A stretch of DNA of 57,164 nt, filler included, from Sphacelaria rigidula (Eukaryota), in the NCBI GenBank assembly GCA_964200075.2. It is 5 parts of 5 records of this genome, joined end to end, with 100 filler letters (N's around TTAATTAATTAA, not from the genome) between each part and the next. Parts side by side here need not be neighbours in the genome. Positions count along the whole stretch, not along the records: positions 34,363 to 45,714 come from CAXNAA020005033.1; positions 45,815 to 57,164 come from CAXNAA020005034.1; 3 more parts are not named here. The stretch is one strand, 5' to 3'. The position numbers and the translations under genes were made by a program. This document shows positions 38,701 through 50,370 of the stretch, in pieces; positions within the stretch are counted from its first letter, which is position 1; each line of letters begins with the position of its first letter. The notes under the pieces were generated by a model, which was not told the DNA's origin, ran no database searches, and saw nothing but the letters and a program-made list of their open reading frames with translations.

Positions 38701-39102
38701 TATACAGTCAGTTCGGACTCGTGTGTAACGCAGGCTGACACACCCGCGAACAGGCGATGACAACCCTCACAGTCCAACAAGAGGGTGAGCTTTACGAGTC
38801 ACTTCTTTCTGCTGGGTCTACAGTCCATTTTGACTCTTTTGCTCTCTACTTCACGACATCGTACTGTCATACTTTGTCTGTAACGTTCGTGGGACAACCA
38901 AAACAGCTAGTACAACCGAGAGTTGACCATGTTTGTATGTGCACTGCGACTCACTCGTATACATCCAAGATGACGACGAGGGCTCGAGGCCCTGCAGCGC
39001 GGGTCCCTGGCTGCTCCAGGTGCCCCAGGTCGAGGCCGTCCACGGCTCCTTCCAAAAGTCCATCAGTTCATGCTGTTGCAGCTCCTGCAAGTCCGGGTTC
39101 AT
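35063..39102 (-). CDS. S/Q/H-rich protein of unknown function (regulator-like), exons 1-2, 3' part missing
   Basis: Exon 39102-38955 (MNPDLQELQQHELMDFWKEPW..WMYT+A|gtgagt, phase 1) joins 36057-35063 (ag|GC TAT..; poly-Q, poly-S; ends FQIAGYRTLELLPTAVQRQTLQK|gtttgt). Confidence 0.7.
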
Positions 39103-40257
39103 CTTCGTAGTCGTTTGTGCGTTAGTTTGTGCGATTGAAACGCGCGCGCTGAGACGAAGATATCGCCCTTGGAGGTCAACAGTCGGCTTGCCAATGTATA
39201 GGATGTTCGAGGGACAAGAGAGAGAAATGAGACTTTTCGCTTGCTGCAATGCTTGGCGTTCGTGGCTTTCTCCGGTTCTCTGATGTTTGCAGAGATTAGA
39301 AGACGTAGGGCGGTGGGTGGGTTGATGTGTGTGTGTGCTGCGTGTTGCGCAATCGGGTGAGGGTACAAGGCGCCGAAATGTGTTTCTTCCCGTTGCAAAA
39401 TGAGAACGGCGAGCCCTTCCTTCGAAATTCAAATTTGGTGCTCTTCGGACTTTTGACTCTTTTGTTGGCTTGCGGTATCAATAAAGTCAACCATTCTCCA
39501 AAATACAGATGACTCGATATTTGTCTAGAAGACAGACAGTTGGTTGATGCTCACTTTGATTATTATTATATGGACACACGAGTATATAGTTGAGTTCTAT
39601 GATTTTGATGATCTACTGCCGACCGGACCACCCATGTCCGATCAAGATCAAAACCGTTCAAGATCAAAACCGTCATCCATTGACTCTTGAATTGGATATT
39701 GACTGTTGCCAATCGACCAAGCTACAGTATAAGGGTTGCTCCGCGGCGGACCCAACGAACAAATCCAGCCAAAAGCGGGTTGGGTGCGGGGTGCAGAGTG
39801 TCTATGGGGAAAGGCTGAAAGAAGAGGGGACGCAGGTCTTCTCATTATGTGTTTCGCGTAATGAACATGCGTACGCGAGTACGTAGTAAGTACTGGAACA
39901 CCCGACAGGGGGGGGTGAATGAAAGGTGCACTGTTTGGAAGAATCTCGGAACGTAGCAGTTTGGGGCCTTTCGAGCTGTGATTGGTGGCCGTTTCGTAGG
40001 TCATACTTCCTTCTCCGCTTACCCGTTCGTCACATGTTTTTGCCTTGATGCTGATTGGTTTGAGTGTTGGTGTTGTGTTGTCTCGCGTTAAGTGAGAAGC
40101 GTGTGAGTGGTTATTATCGTCGCTCTTCCCATTCCTACTTTTTTGCAGTTGCTTTCGATTTTTTGTCACATTATGCACTCCCGCCCCTGCCCCCCCCCAG
40201 CGTGGGGTGGGGTAGGGGGGGTGAGTCTTTTTTCCGTGCTGAAATTCAGTCAAACCC

Positions 40258-40390
40258 TTTGGGAACTAGACCCTAGGGAGTGCTGATTTTTGTTTTTGTG
40301 AATCGGCATCACTTTCAGTCATTTTCGAGTCAAAATGATACCGATTCACAAAGATGCACAAAACAAAAATCAGCACTTTAGTTCTCAAAG
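40258..40390. mobile_element. short palindromic element, inverted copy at ~41120-41240
   Basis: TTTGGGAACTA..GTGCTGATTTTTG..GTGAATCGGCATCA / TGATACCGATTCAC..AAATCAGCAC.TTAGTTCTCAAAG. Confidence 0.65.
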
Positions 40391-41519
40391 AGTTGATCCT
40401 TATACTACTACTACTACTTCTTTTCTTCTTCTTCTGCTACCTACAACTACAGCTGCTGGCTACGTCTTCTGTAGTTTCAGGCGGTAACCGAATTACGACA
40501 ATAATAGTAGTTTCAACGAATATCCACAAAGCGAACAGTCACCACTGGCCGGCGGAATGATTACAACATCATCCGCAAGCATGCAGATATATTACCATCA
40601 CTGTGGACAGGTCAAAGTTTTCAAAAATACTTGGATAATCAAAGCGCCCCTGACAGTAGGAGCTAGTAGTACGATTATACTGGGAAGTCAAGCCTTTACT
40701 CAACTCAGCGGAGCGTATTTGAGTCCAGGTATATATTCCAATGCAAGACTTTTGATGTATCTATCTTGGTTTTTTCTGTACGAATCGTCCTTCTGAAAAG
40801 ATCTCAAACTTTTCGTGGTTATTGTGAACCTGCATGTTGACAGCCACCATGGGTCATCTTTTGAAACGGCATCATGTTCACTCGAAAAACAAGTCAGACA
40901 CCCACCACCCCGTTGATCAAACAGTTCGCCCTCCTGGTGCGAAGCAATCTTCCCGAGGCCATGCATATATATGCCACTGTTCAAATAACGCCACGAACTG
41001 GTGTTACAGTCAAGATCCCAAGCTCTTCTTGGTGAAAGGGTGGGCCCCGTTCGTGAGTGTACGAGTAGATCACCCGCTGCTCTTTCCTTCATATTTCTCG
41101 CAATACCGATGCCGATAATCCTTTGGGAACTAAAGTGCTGGTTTTCGTTCGGTAAAAAATTGTGAATCGGGGTCATTTTGACTTGCAAATGACAAAAATG
41201 ATGCCGATTCACACAAACAACAATCAGCGCTCCCTGGGCGTCCACTGTAGTATGATTCACCGTGCCAGGCCATCGAATAAGGGTTCACTGACCGCGACGA
41301 GGGCGGTAGTCCATCTGGATCATGCATACTTTTTCAAGTGAAAATGATGCCGATTTAATACGTCAAGGGTTGACCCGCCGTCGACTGCCAGCATGGCATA
41401 TTTGGGTCTTACAGTTTTGGGGAGGATCAAATATGATGCCATCCCTCCTTGTGAAAACTGCACTAACTTTTCAGCTTGATTATGATTATTATGATTTTTC
41501 GTGTGTTTTTCTGTATACT

Positions 41520-41850
41520 TGTCTTTCCCTTGCTCAAAAAAATAAATCAAATGACCAACCATCCATCCATCAATTCATCCATCCAATTAATTAATTAATT
41601 AATTATTTTATTACTATATATATCCCTCAACATTACATAGTATTTTTATTGTCTTCCCCTTTGTCCAAAAAATACAATCCAACCATCCATCCATCCATCC
41701 TCAATCAACCTATAATCAAATAAATAATTAATTATATTTTATCATGGTTTTTAGTGACGTATTGTCTTTCCCTTGCTCAAAAAAAGAAATCAACTATCCA
41801 ACCATCCATCCTCAAACAATATTTTATTTAAATAAATTAATTATACATAA
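41520..41850. repeat. AT-rich degenerate tandem repeat, ~3 x 120-130 bp
   Basis: Recurring TGTCTTTCCCTTGCTCAAAAAA..CCAACCATCCATCC..TAATTA units at ~41520, ~41650, ~41763. Confidence 0.7.
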
Positions 41851-41919
41851 TACATCTTCACTACTACTGCTGTGAAATGATAAAGTGTTAACCATGCACC
41901 ACAAAAATATTTACAGGTT

Positions 41920-42455
41920 GGGCCGGCCAAGACGCGAATTTGTGGTTTGCAGACCCCGTCTCACCTAAATTTTGCGAGTTAAGAGACTTCGAAATTTGGT
42001 ACGGAGGAAAAGTAGGGCATGCTAAAACGCTCGGGACACACAGTTTTTTCTTTCTTTGCAATAATCAGTATTTTTTACACATCAGGAACATACCGTTAAC
42101 GCACCGAAGAAAAAAAAATGTGCGTCCCGAGCGACAGCGGTTTAAGGCATGCCCTATTCTTACCCCGTACCAAATTTCGAAGTCTAACTCGCAAAATTGA
42201 GGTGAGACGGGGCGATTTAGAAACCGGGCCGGGCGAAATTGGGAACAATATTTTCCAGGCCGTTTACCGGCCCAGGTTTGGTACTTGTGCCTTGAATCTT
42301 TGTGTGTGGGACCTCGCTAGGCCATAACCGACCAAAAAAAGTGGGAAAGGTTGGTACATATGTATTCACTTGCTTTTAGGACGCTTTAGTATAGTCAAGA
42401 CCATATTTTCACGAGAGAAGGCCCGTACCTCTCCAAAAACAAAAATGAAGGGCCC
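41920..42455. mobile_element. composite repeat with internal palindrome (41954-42212), homologue of 23930-24465
   Basis: CCCCGTCTCACCT.AATTTTGCGAGTTA.. / ..TAACTCGCAAAATTGAGGTGAGACGGGG plus the shared tail. Confidence 0.7.
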
Positions 42456-42694
42456 ATTTTTTGTTTACTTCGGCATGCCTTTGCAATTCTTCATGATGAT
42501 GGTAAGTTTCAAGTCTCAATTATTGTTGAAATTGAGCTGAAAAACTGAGATCAGGTCCGAGAGCATTGATTGCGATTTTTTCCTGGAGACACCCCTGAAA
42601 AAATGAAAAAAAAATGGGGAAAGAAAAGGAGAAGAACGAAAAACGATGTTTTTTTTCTTTCATTACGCAGTATGGCGATTCTTCAAACGAATTT

Positions 42695-43037
42695 GAGGGA
42701 TGCTACGGTAAGGGTGCACAAATATTTTCTGAGGTTTGAACTGTTGGAAGCCTTTTATCTAATCCAAAACACAACTTAATATATATGCGAGGGGGACGCC
42801 ATGATTACTGTTTTCTGAGGTTTGAACTGTTGGAAGCCTTTTATCTAATCCAAAACACAACTTAATATATATGCGAGGGGGACGCCATGATTACTATTCC
42901 AATATGCTAGGGATATCCCAAATGATTTTGCAAACGGGGGTGCCCCGACCCATGTTCTTGTGCATCTAGAACCTTTAGGAGCCTCTGAACCAGACAACAT
43001 TTCGCGCAAAAAGGGCACCCCTACCGTAGCATTGCTC
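42695..43037. mobile_element. Sola2-like MITE (GAG..CTC termini, 4-bp TSD ATTT) with internal 86-bp tandem duplication
   Basis: attt-GAGGGATGCTACGG...CCGTAGCATTGCTC-attt; duplication at 42725-42895. Confidence 0.7.
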
Positions 43038-43499
43038 ATTTTCAAAGCACAACTAACTCTCAAAACTGAGACGCAATATTATCCAGATTTAGTGCATCAA
43101 GTGCCTCTCCTCAAAATATGTTGATTTTAATACAGAAACTTATGTGCACCATATCTCGAGACCGATAACGAATGAGTCAAAAGCGGAGGTATTGATCGTT
43201 CCCCCGTGCTCATCATTGGAATGTCCACACCAAAAATCGTCATTATTCGCTGTACATATACCGTTCGGGGTTTCATTTAGACTTTAGTATAGACGCTATA
43301 TCCGCACGGTATAGGAATTACTGAACATGGGATTTAATCAACGAGAAAAAATGGCCCAGACTTCCGAGCACATGGGCACCTTCCCCATGATCAGACTATT
43401 GATACGATGTGCAGATCACGGCCCAACAAGTCGTCTGTGTCGATGAGATATCGCCTTGAGAGCTTAAATCCGCGTCTAGGCCGGCCCAGCTGGTACTGT

Positions 43500-44170
43500 A
43501 ATTCGGCCGTCATCAGGGGTGGATGGATGGATAATATTATTTTGACTCGGCATCACATTCACTTGGGAAATATATCTGTTGATCCAGATAGCCTACCCCG
43601 GTGGGTATTATCCGCCTTTGAGCGCCAGCGTAGTAGTAGGTTATCTGATGAATCGGCACCACCTACATACACTTTGAAAATGTATAATTTAATGTGCATA
43701 ACCCAGACTTCGAAAATTTAAAATGCATAACCCAGAATATCTATATGTTACCTTCACTGCCATCAAGGGGTTCACCCTTTGATCGTTGTTAGGGTATAGG
43801 CGATCTGATGAATCGGCATCGTTTAGACTTGAAAAATAAAGCCATCAGAAATAAATGATGCCGATTCCAACGAAGATGCCTATACCCTGGCCCAAAATCT
43901 GAAGAAAAAAAAAAGGGATGGGATTCCAAAGTGGTCATCAAAGAAAGGGTGGACGCTTTGACTGCGAGCGGGGTGGTCCGTTTGTAAATTGTCATCACTT
44001 TGATTCATTTTTCAAGTTAAATTGATACCATTGCCACAAATGTATCACCGCTCGCTGTCAAGGAGTTGACACTTAGACCGCCATCGTAGGTCATCATCTC
44101 TTGAAATCGGCATCAACTTCACTTGAAAAATTATTGCATGACCCAGATAACCGATATACCCTTTTAGGCC
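43500..44170. mobile_element. head-to-tail array of piggyBac-like mini-elements
   Basis: Junctions AAGGGG-TTCA-CCCTTTG, AAAGGG-TGGA-CGCTTTG, AAGGAG-TTGA-CACTTAG; each unit carries a variant of TGAATCGGCATCA..TTCACTTGAAAAAT. Confidence 0.55.
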
Positions 44171-44280
44171 CTTGGGGTACTTCTCATGTATCGAAAAAAA
44201 AAACTTGTTGAAAAGTGCATTTTTGACCCTTCTCCGTCATTTCCCCCCCGAAGGTAGGGCTAAGCGGATGTTGACACCTT

Positions 44281-44542
44281 GAGTGATGCTACGGCAGGAG
44301 TACACAATTTTTTTCTGAGGTTAGAATTGGTAGGAGCTCTTTATCTCATCCAAAACACGACTTATTATGAAAATATGCGAGAGTACGCCAGAGTTACTAT
44401 TCCAATGTTCTGGGGATATCCCGAATTAATCTGCGAACGGGGATGCCCTGACCCATATTCTTGTGCGTCTAGAATCGTTAGGAGCCCCTGAAAACTAGAC
44501 AAAATTTCGCGAAAAAAGTGCACCCCTACCGTAGCATTGCTC
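44281..44542. mobile_element. Sola2-like MITE nested in family C foldback element (TSD CCTT)
   Basis: cctt-GAGTGATGCTACGG...CCGTAGCATTGCTC-cctt; the empty site TTGATGCCTTGGAATGAC is seen in the 7154-7621 copy. Confidence 0.75.
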
Positions 44543-45094
44543 CCTTGGAATGACTTGCTCTACTCGCTGAGGCCACCATTCCAGAGCACCTTTGCACTTT
44601 CTGTAAGTCGCAGTTCCGTTTTTGGCCAAACCTGCACTTTCATTAAAACAAACGGTCAAGTTAGCAAAAAAATGTCAGTTTTCCCCCTGTTTTTGCTAAC
44701 TTGACCGTTTGTTTCATTGAAAATGTAAGTATGGCCAAAAACGAAACTGCGACTTACGGAAAGTGCAAAGGTGCTCTGGAATGGTGGCCTCGGCGAGTTG
44801 AGCAAGTTATTCCGAGGTGTCAACATCCGCCTAGCCCTCTTTTGGAGAGAAAAACGATGGAGAAGACCCAAAAATGCAATTTTCAACAAGTTTTACTTTT
44901 TGATACTACATAAGAAGTAGCCTTCAGGTCGCGAGGGTAGCCCATCCGGATCATGGATACTTGATTTGAGAATTCTAGTTGATTTTCATCAATTAATTTG
45001 TTGTCTCTCACTGAAACAATCCAGCTCGTGGTCAGGAGCAGCAAAAAAGAGCAGAGTAAGAAAGAAGGAAAGGAACAGAAAAGGATAGAAGAAG

Positions 45095-45114
45095 CAACAA
45101 CGACGACGACGACG

Positions 45115-45153
<39 letters not shown>

Positions 45154-45210
45154 CACACGCACACGCACACACGCACACAAACACACACAAACACACAAAA
45201 CAACACAACA
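45095..45210. repeat. (CGA/CAA)n and (CA)n microsatellite
   Basis: Direct reading. Confidence 0.9.
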
Positions 45211-45714
45211 AAGAGATTATTATCTCTCATTACGTAGCTGATTGCATGCACCAATCATTCAGCTCGTCGTGATCAGAAACGGAAAAAACGAAAAATAATC
45301 GAGAAGAATGAAAAAATGAAAAAAAAATAATAATACAACGTGGAGAAGGGGATCCAAATAACAGAAGACAGAAGAGCACGGCAAGCACCGCAGAAGGAAG
45401 GTGGGGTACTAAAAAAAAAAGGCAAAACCTTCTGCGTTGGCCTTCCTCCTGTGTGACCCCGACTGGTGCGCCCCCATATACCGAAAGGTGTAGACCGGCG
45501 CCCAAAATAGATGGGACGACAACACAGAACACACACACAGTGCGGGTATGAACGATGGGCAAATGTGGATGTAAAACCGGGAATTAAACGACCATGTATC
45601 CAAGGGGCCCTACAGACTGGAAAACGGTTTATACCCCCCCCCCCCCCCCCGGGGGGGGCGAGGAATAGGGAAAACGAAAAAAAGGGACCCCAAACCCCCT
45701 TTCCCCTCTTTTTT

Positions 45715-45814
45715 NNNNNNNNNNNNNNNNNNNNNNNNNNNNNNNNNNNNNNNNNNNNTTAATTAATTAANNNNNNNNNNNNNNNNNNNNNNNNNNNNNN
45801 NNNNNNNNNNNNNN
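45715..45814. other. artificial contig linker
   Basis: N44-TTAATTAATTAA-N44. Confidence 0.98.
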
Positions 45815-46129
45815 TGCGTGGTCAATGGTCAAAGGACTAAGGCAAGCAACACATGAGTACGCCCCCCCCCTCAGGTTCCCACCTACCCCCCACAACCCAC
45901 TTCCAAGCGGTTCCGAGATGCCCTCTATTGAAGTTCCTCGAATACATGCCAAGCAATACGCTGGTTCCCTTTGCTTCGTTTCTTCACAACGGTACTGCAA
46001 CGTTTAGCGTACCTGCGATCGATCACACTGCCAGTTTCAATGTCTAGTTCCAGAGCATACACGTATTTGAGACCCGCGGTCGATGATAGCAAAGTTTTCG
46101 CCCAAAATATCACAGCAGGCCAGCATTTA

Positions 46130-46512
46130 GACCACTTTGTATGGCAACCAATCCGTATTTGTAAAAACATGGAGGATTTCAGCCCGTTCAAATCCAATTT
46201 TCTCGCGTGGATTGATTTATCGGAACCCCAGTCACTTCGGCAATGTTTTTCGCCTAGTTTTGAGGAAACGAGGTCAATTATCCCCAAATTCGGGCGAGAT
46301 GAGGGAGTCTTCCGGTCTGAGGAGAAACGTGATGAAGCAAAAGTCAGCGCCCAGAGAATCGGAGAATCGATCTGGTTTCCTCAGAGGTCGGCGAAAAACA
46401 TTGCCTAACGGACTGGGGTCCGACGAATCAATCCATGGGAGATCAGACTTAGACGGGCTGAAATCCTCATATTTGTTCAAATACGTATTGGTTGCCAGAC
46501 GAAGCGGTCTCA
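46130..46512. mobile_element. foldback MITE family B, copy 3
   Basis: GACCACTTTGTATGGCAACCAAT...ATTGGTTGCCAGACGAAGCGGTC. Confidence 0.75.
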
Positions 46513-47918
46513 GATTAATATTCCGACCCCCACGGCGAAAATCCGTGCTCGATTTTGCTCCCAACATGAAAATTATGCTCGATCATGCCAATGGCTGAAA
46601 CGTTATGCTATTTATTCTACTTGCTGAAACGCGATGCTACTTATGCTACCAAGGTGGAATTATGCTAGCATACTAAGTAAAAGTCTAACGCCATGGTGTA
46701 CTGTGTACCGTCGCGCACGGTGCATTCTGGCGTGAGATACGGTATGATAACAGCACGCCAGACAGAAGACATCGTTACTGCCATTTGATGTAGTGGGCTG
46801 TGCTGGAGTGGACTATACTACAGTTTACTGCAGTGCACGGTACACTGCTTTCCTGTGGTGAACTGTAGTGTACTGTGCTGAGCAAGACTCGTGCGGTACT
46901 GTGCCGTCGGGTATTCAAGCACATTTTGAGCTATCAGGCCCGGTCGTGACAGGTTCATTGCTGTGTAGTGCCCCGTGCCAGTGTGTTCTGCACTGTACTA
47001 CTGTGTACTGTACTCTTCTCTGCTTCACGGCTATTTCCTCGACCGTACTGTCGTCACCGACGTAGGATCCTCTACTGCTCTATCCTGTACCATGCAGCCG
47101 TGCACAATACAATACGATATCCTCATTACTGCTGTGCCATGCTCTTGTGTTCGATGCCGTATGTTGAGCAGACTATTCCAATTTCCATGGCGCGGTAGTC
47201 GCTCCACAATCTGGGTAGCTTCTCCGCAGGTGTGACCGACCATGAAGACGCCCCCCAAGGCACCGACCGGGATTCACCAGCACTTTCACGAGCCTGAAAT
47301 CGATGACGCTGGGACACCGGTGAGAGATGTTGGAAATCACACCACCGCGATACAATTGTTGCCTACCCGCCCCCCCCCGCCCCCCCCCCCATGTGTTACC
47401 GGAAATTGTGCTAACATACATGGTTTGAGCTTGACCTTACTCCACAAGTGGCGACGGTTAATTGAGTGTTACACTCATGAATATCCCGTGGATTGATGCG
47501 GTAGAAATCCATTTGGGGGAGACTTTAGACATGTATCCCGCATGCGAGCGTGCGAGCAAGGCACGGGTACATGGCACCCACCATGCAGCACCCCCTCCAC
47601 ATATGTGCGCAAACAGCACGAGTACACTTTGTAATTTAATTCGGACGCGTATCAATATCCCCTACCGCCCCTGGCCTCGATCACCATCGTAACTACTTCC
47701 CCTTCGTCTTTGCGATCGCATGCAGGTGGTTGCCGGAAGCCTCGCGGATATTTGGCTCGCGGCGGCGGGATACTCTGCCCAACAACCCACCACTCGCACA
47801 GGTAAATGGTCGTCACGCAGAAGCAGCCATGCGGACATTCGCTGCACTAAGCTTTGCGAAGTCGTTGCAGCATGCTGCCTCAGTAATACGTTGAAGGTTT
47901 ACGAATCGATCGCCAGTT

Positions 47919-49489
47919 ATGTGCACCTATGCTAAGCGTAAGTACATACCTTCACGACCTCCCCCTCTCCTCTCCTCTCCTCTCCGCTCCGCGGGCGCCG
48001 TCGCAGTATCAATTTCCGGCGGCCCTCCGGTAGCGGCGGACGGGGAAAGCCGGGAGGAAACGTACGATGAAGCCCTCCACGCCGGCGTTGCCCGGGAAAT
48101 GTGTGAGACCCCGCCCGCGCGCGCGCAGAAGAGAAGGGCGACGCCTGCAGATTCCGGCGGGAACCGTCCGGGGTCAACGGCGCAACAGTTGAGGCAGAAG
48201 AGGACCAAGCCCGATGGTACCGGGAGCATAGAAGAAGAAGGTGCGTTGCATCAGCGGTCCCTCGGGAGCGACACCGGTGGGGGGTTGATGCATAGCCCCC
48301 TGACAGGTACGGTACATGCGGACTCCGCGGCTCAAGACAACGACTCGTACTCCTCCACTTCCATGACGGTATCCGCGCCGGCGCCGACGGAAGGCCCGAG
48401 AAGGGCGCCGGAGGCGACCCTCAACGACGCCCCCGCCCGGCGGTCCACTCGGAGGTGTGGGTGCGTGGTCGGCAACATGATCACCATTCCAGCGTGCCGG
48501 CCGCGGAAAGGCGGCAGCATTCGCCGGTGCGCCGTACAAGGGCAACGTCTGCTCCGATACATCGGAAGGGCCCACGAGCGTGGATGTGTTGGTGTACTTG
48601 TTGAGTGGGTATATGACTTCCTGCCTTTTTTCCACGGATTGTCGTTCATGGCAATGTGCAACGCGCCGTTGAAAGGCCTGCGCGTGAAGAATCTGTTATC
48701 GAAGCCGCTTTTGAAGTGCGAAGGTGGGTTGCTGAGAGTTGACGAGGACGATGTCGTGAGGTTCCTCGGATTTGCTTTCTATCAATACTACAAGAGGAAA
48801 GGAGCATTCTCTGCGGCCGGTACAACCGCCGCGGACATCCTTCACAAGCGGGCGGGGGGACACACAACGCAGTTTGTAAACTGGGTGAGGTTCTTGAGGT
48901 GGAAAATGGGCGGCACGACGCGGAAGGATCTTGTCCCATCCGTCGAAGCGCTGCGGTTCCAAGCGCAGCGGGCGGGTGCTGTCTTGGAGTACTGGCAGGG
49001 GGGGTGGCCGAGTCAATGCCACGGGTGGAGTTCATTAATCGCGGATGGAAAACAGCGTCGGGTAACGCGGGTACGCGTCTGACGAAAGCCAATATTGTGG
49101 TCAACCTCTCGGAGCATGCGTACATCGACCCTACGAGGAAGATCAAGCGCCCGTTGTGCGGGTGCACACCTGCGGCGGCAGAGATACACCAGTGCAGGCG
49201 CAACTGCACTTGCGCCAGGACGGGAAAGAACTGCCATCCCATCCTGTGTGGGTGCGAGGGGCGATGCGCTGGAGCTACGGCGGCACCGCGCGCGCCAGTA
49301 ACGCAAGCGTCACAGGCAGAGGTGGGGGATGAAAGTGCGTCGGAGGGTGATGGTGGCGCGGCGGCAATGAGCAGCGATGAAGAGTCGGAATCGGATAAGA
49401 GCACCTGGTCGGATGCCTCTTCTGATTCGGACGAAGACGATGGAGGGAATCCGATGGAGAGATATCTGCAGCGGCTTGTGCTGGGGTGA
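47919..49489 (+). pseudogene. frameshifted H3TH/PIN-like nuclease + C-terminal CXC (tesmin/TSO1-like Cys cluster) gene, probably mobile-element derived
   Basis: VYLLSG(Y)/DFLPFFHG across a 2-nt shift at ~48612 (H3TH-type L.GCD..P.F.G); LVPSVEALRFQAQRAGAVLEYW, then a shift in the G-run 48998-49004 to ..MPRVEFINRGW..LCGCTPAAAEIHQCRRNCTCARTGKNCHPILCGCEGRC, then an acidic tail; no evident introns. Confidence 0.55.
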
Positions 49490-49989
49490 TGCAGTGGAAG
49501 TCACTTTGAGGTGAGGAGTGCAGCTGAGGATAGTTGAGGATGCCGTGTACAGCGGGGGGCAAAGGGCTGTGCAGACGTGACATAGCCCCCATTTGTGTCG
49601 ATCTGCCGTGCTGCGTACCGAACGCACGATGGCGCCATATATAGGCAGTATTCCTCCCCGGCCGGTGTACGGCGGAGCAATGTCGCACGTCGCTTTTTTG
49701 TGTTTCTTCGTCGATGACAGGATCCATGCCCTAAATAGAGCCTTTATAGTAAGGGAGCTGCGATCTGTTTCTTCCCACGGCCATTGCTTTCTACGATTGG
49801 ATATGCTGAGTTCCGCGCGAGACGTCGTTCGAAGCCATGTCACCGAGACAGACGGAATGTTTATTGGCTTTTTCCAAGCTTTTTATTTCATCTTTTGTAC
49901 GTCTCTTCCAATGCTGTTCCGTGATACCCTGTGATATTTCCTTTTCTTCAGCGAGTGTATTCGTTTTATTTGGTTCAGTCCTGAGTACA

Positions 49990-50370
49990 CGTTTAGAATG
50001 TGCCCGCGGTTGAATTCGTAGGGGGTGAGCTGAAGGTCCATTTTCCAACGCCTGCGGCGGGTTACCAACGCTGTGGAGCCTGGCATCTTGCGATTGCCGT
50101 TTTCCCTGTGGAATGGCAGTTTGATATTGCATGTCGCACGGGAAATGTTGCCAATGTGTGCATCTGCGGCGCCATGCCTCCAAGGTGATGAAGAGACCCG
50201 TACGCATCCCATGCGTTGCTCAGCCATCCTAAGAGTCTGCTATCACTCATCAGGGGGGGCAGTGTGGGCGTCACGCCCCTGACCCTGGCCGGCGTTTGCA
50301 GGGGAGGGATGAACGCAGTACTGAAAAAAAACAATTTCCGGCGCCACACGTGTCGGACGGGTCGAATGCC
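49990..50370 (-). pseudogene. possible OTU-like cysteine protease remnant
   Basis: DTCGAGNCFFSVLRSSL (cf. GDGNCFFRAL), then in shifted frames AYGSLHHLGGMA and YEFNRGH (His-box-like); interrupted by stops and frameshifts. Confidence 0.3.

Noticed and set aside
41585-41606. TTAATTAATTAA as another linker
   Set aside because: No flanking Ns; part of a natural AT-rich repeat
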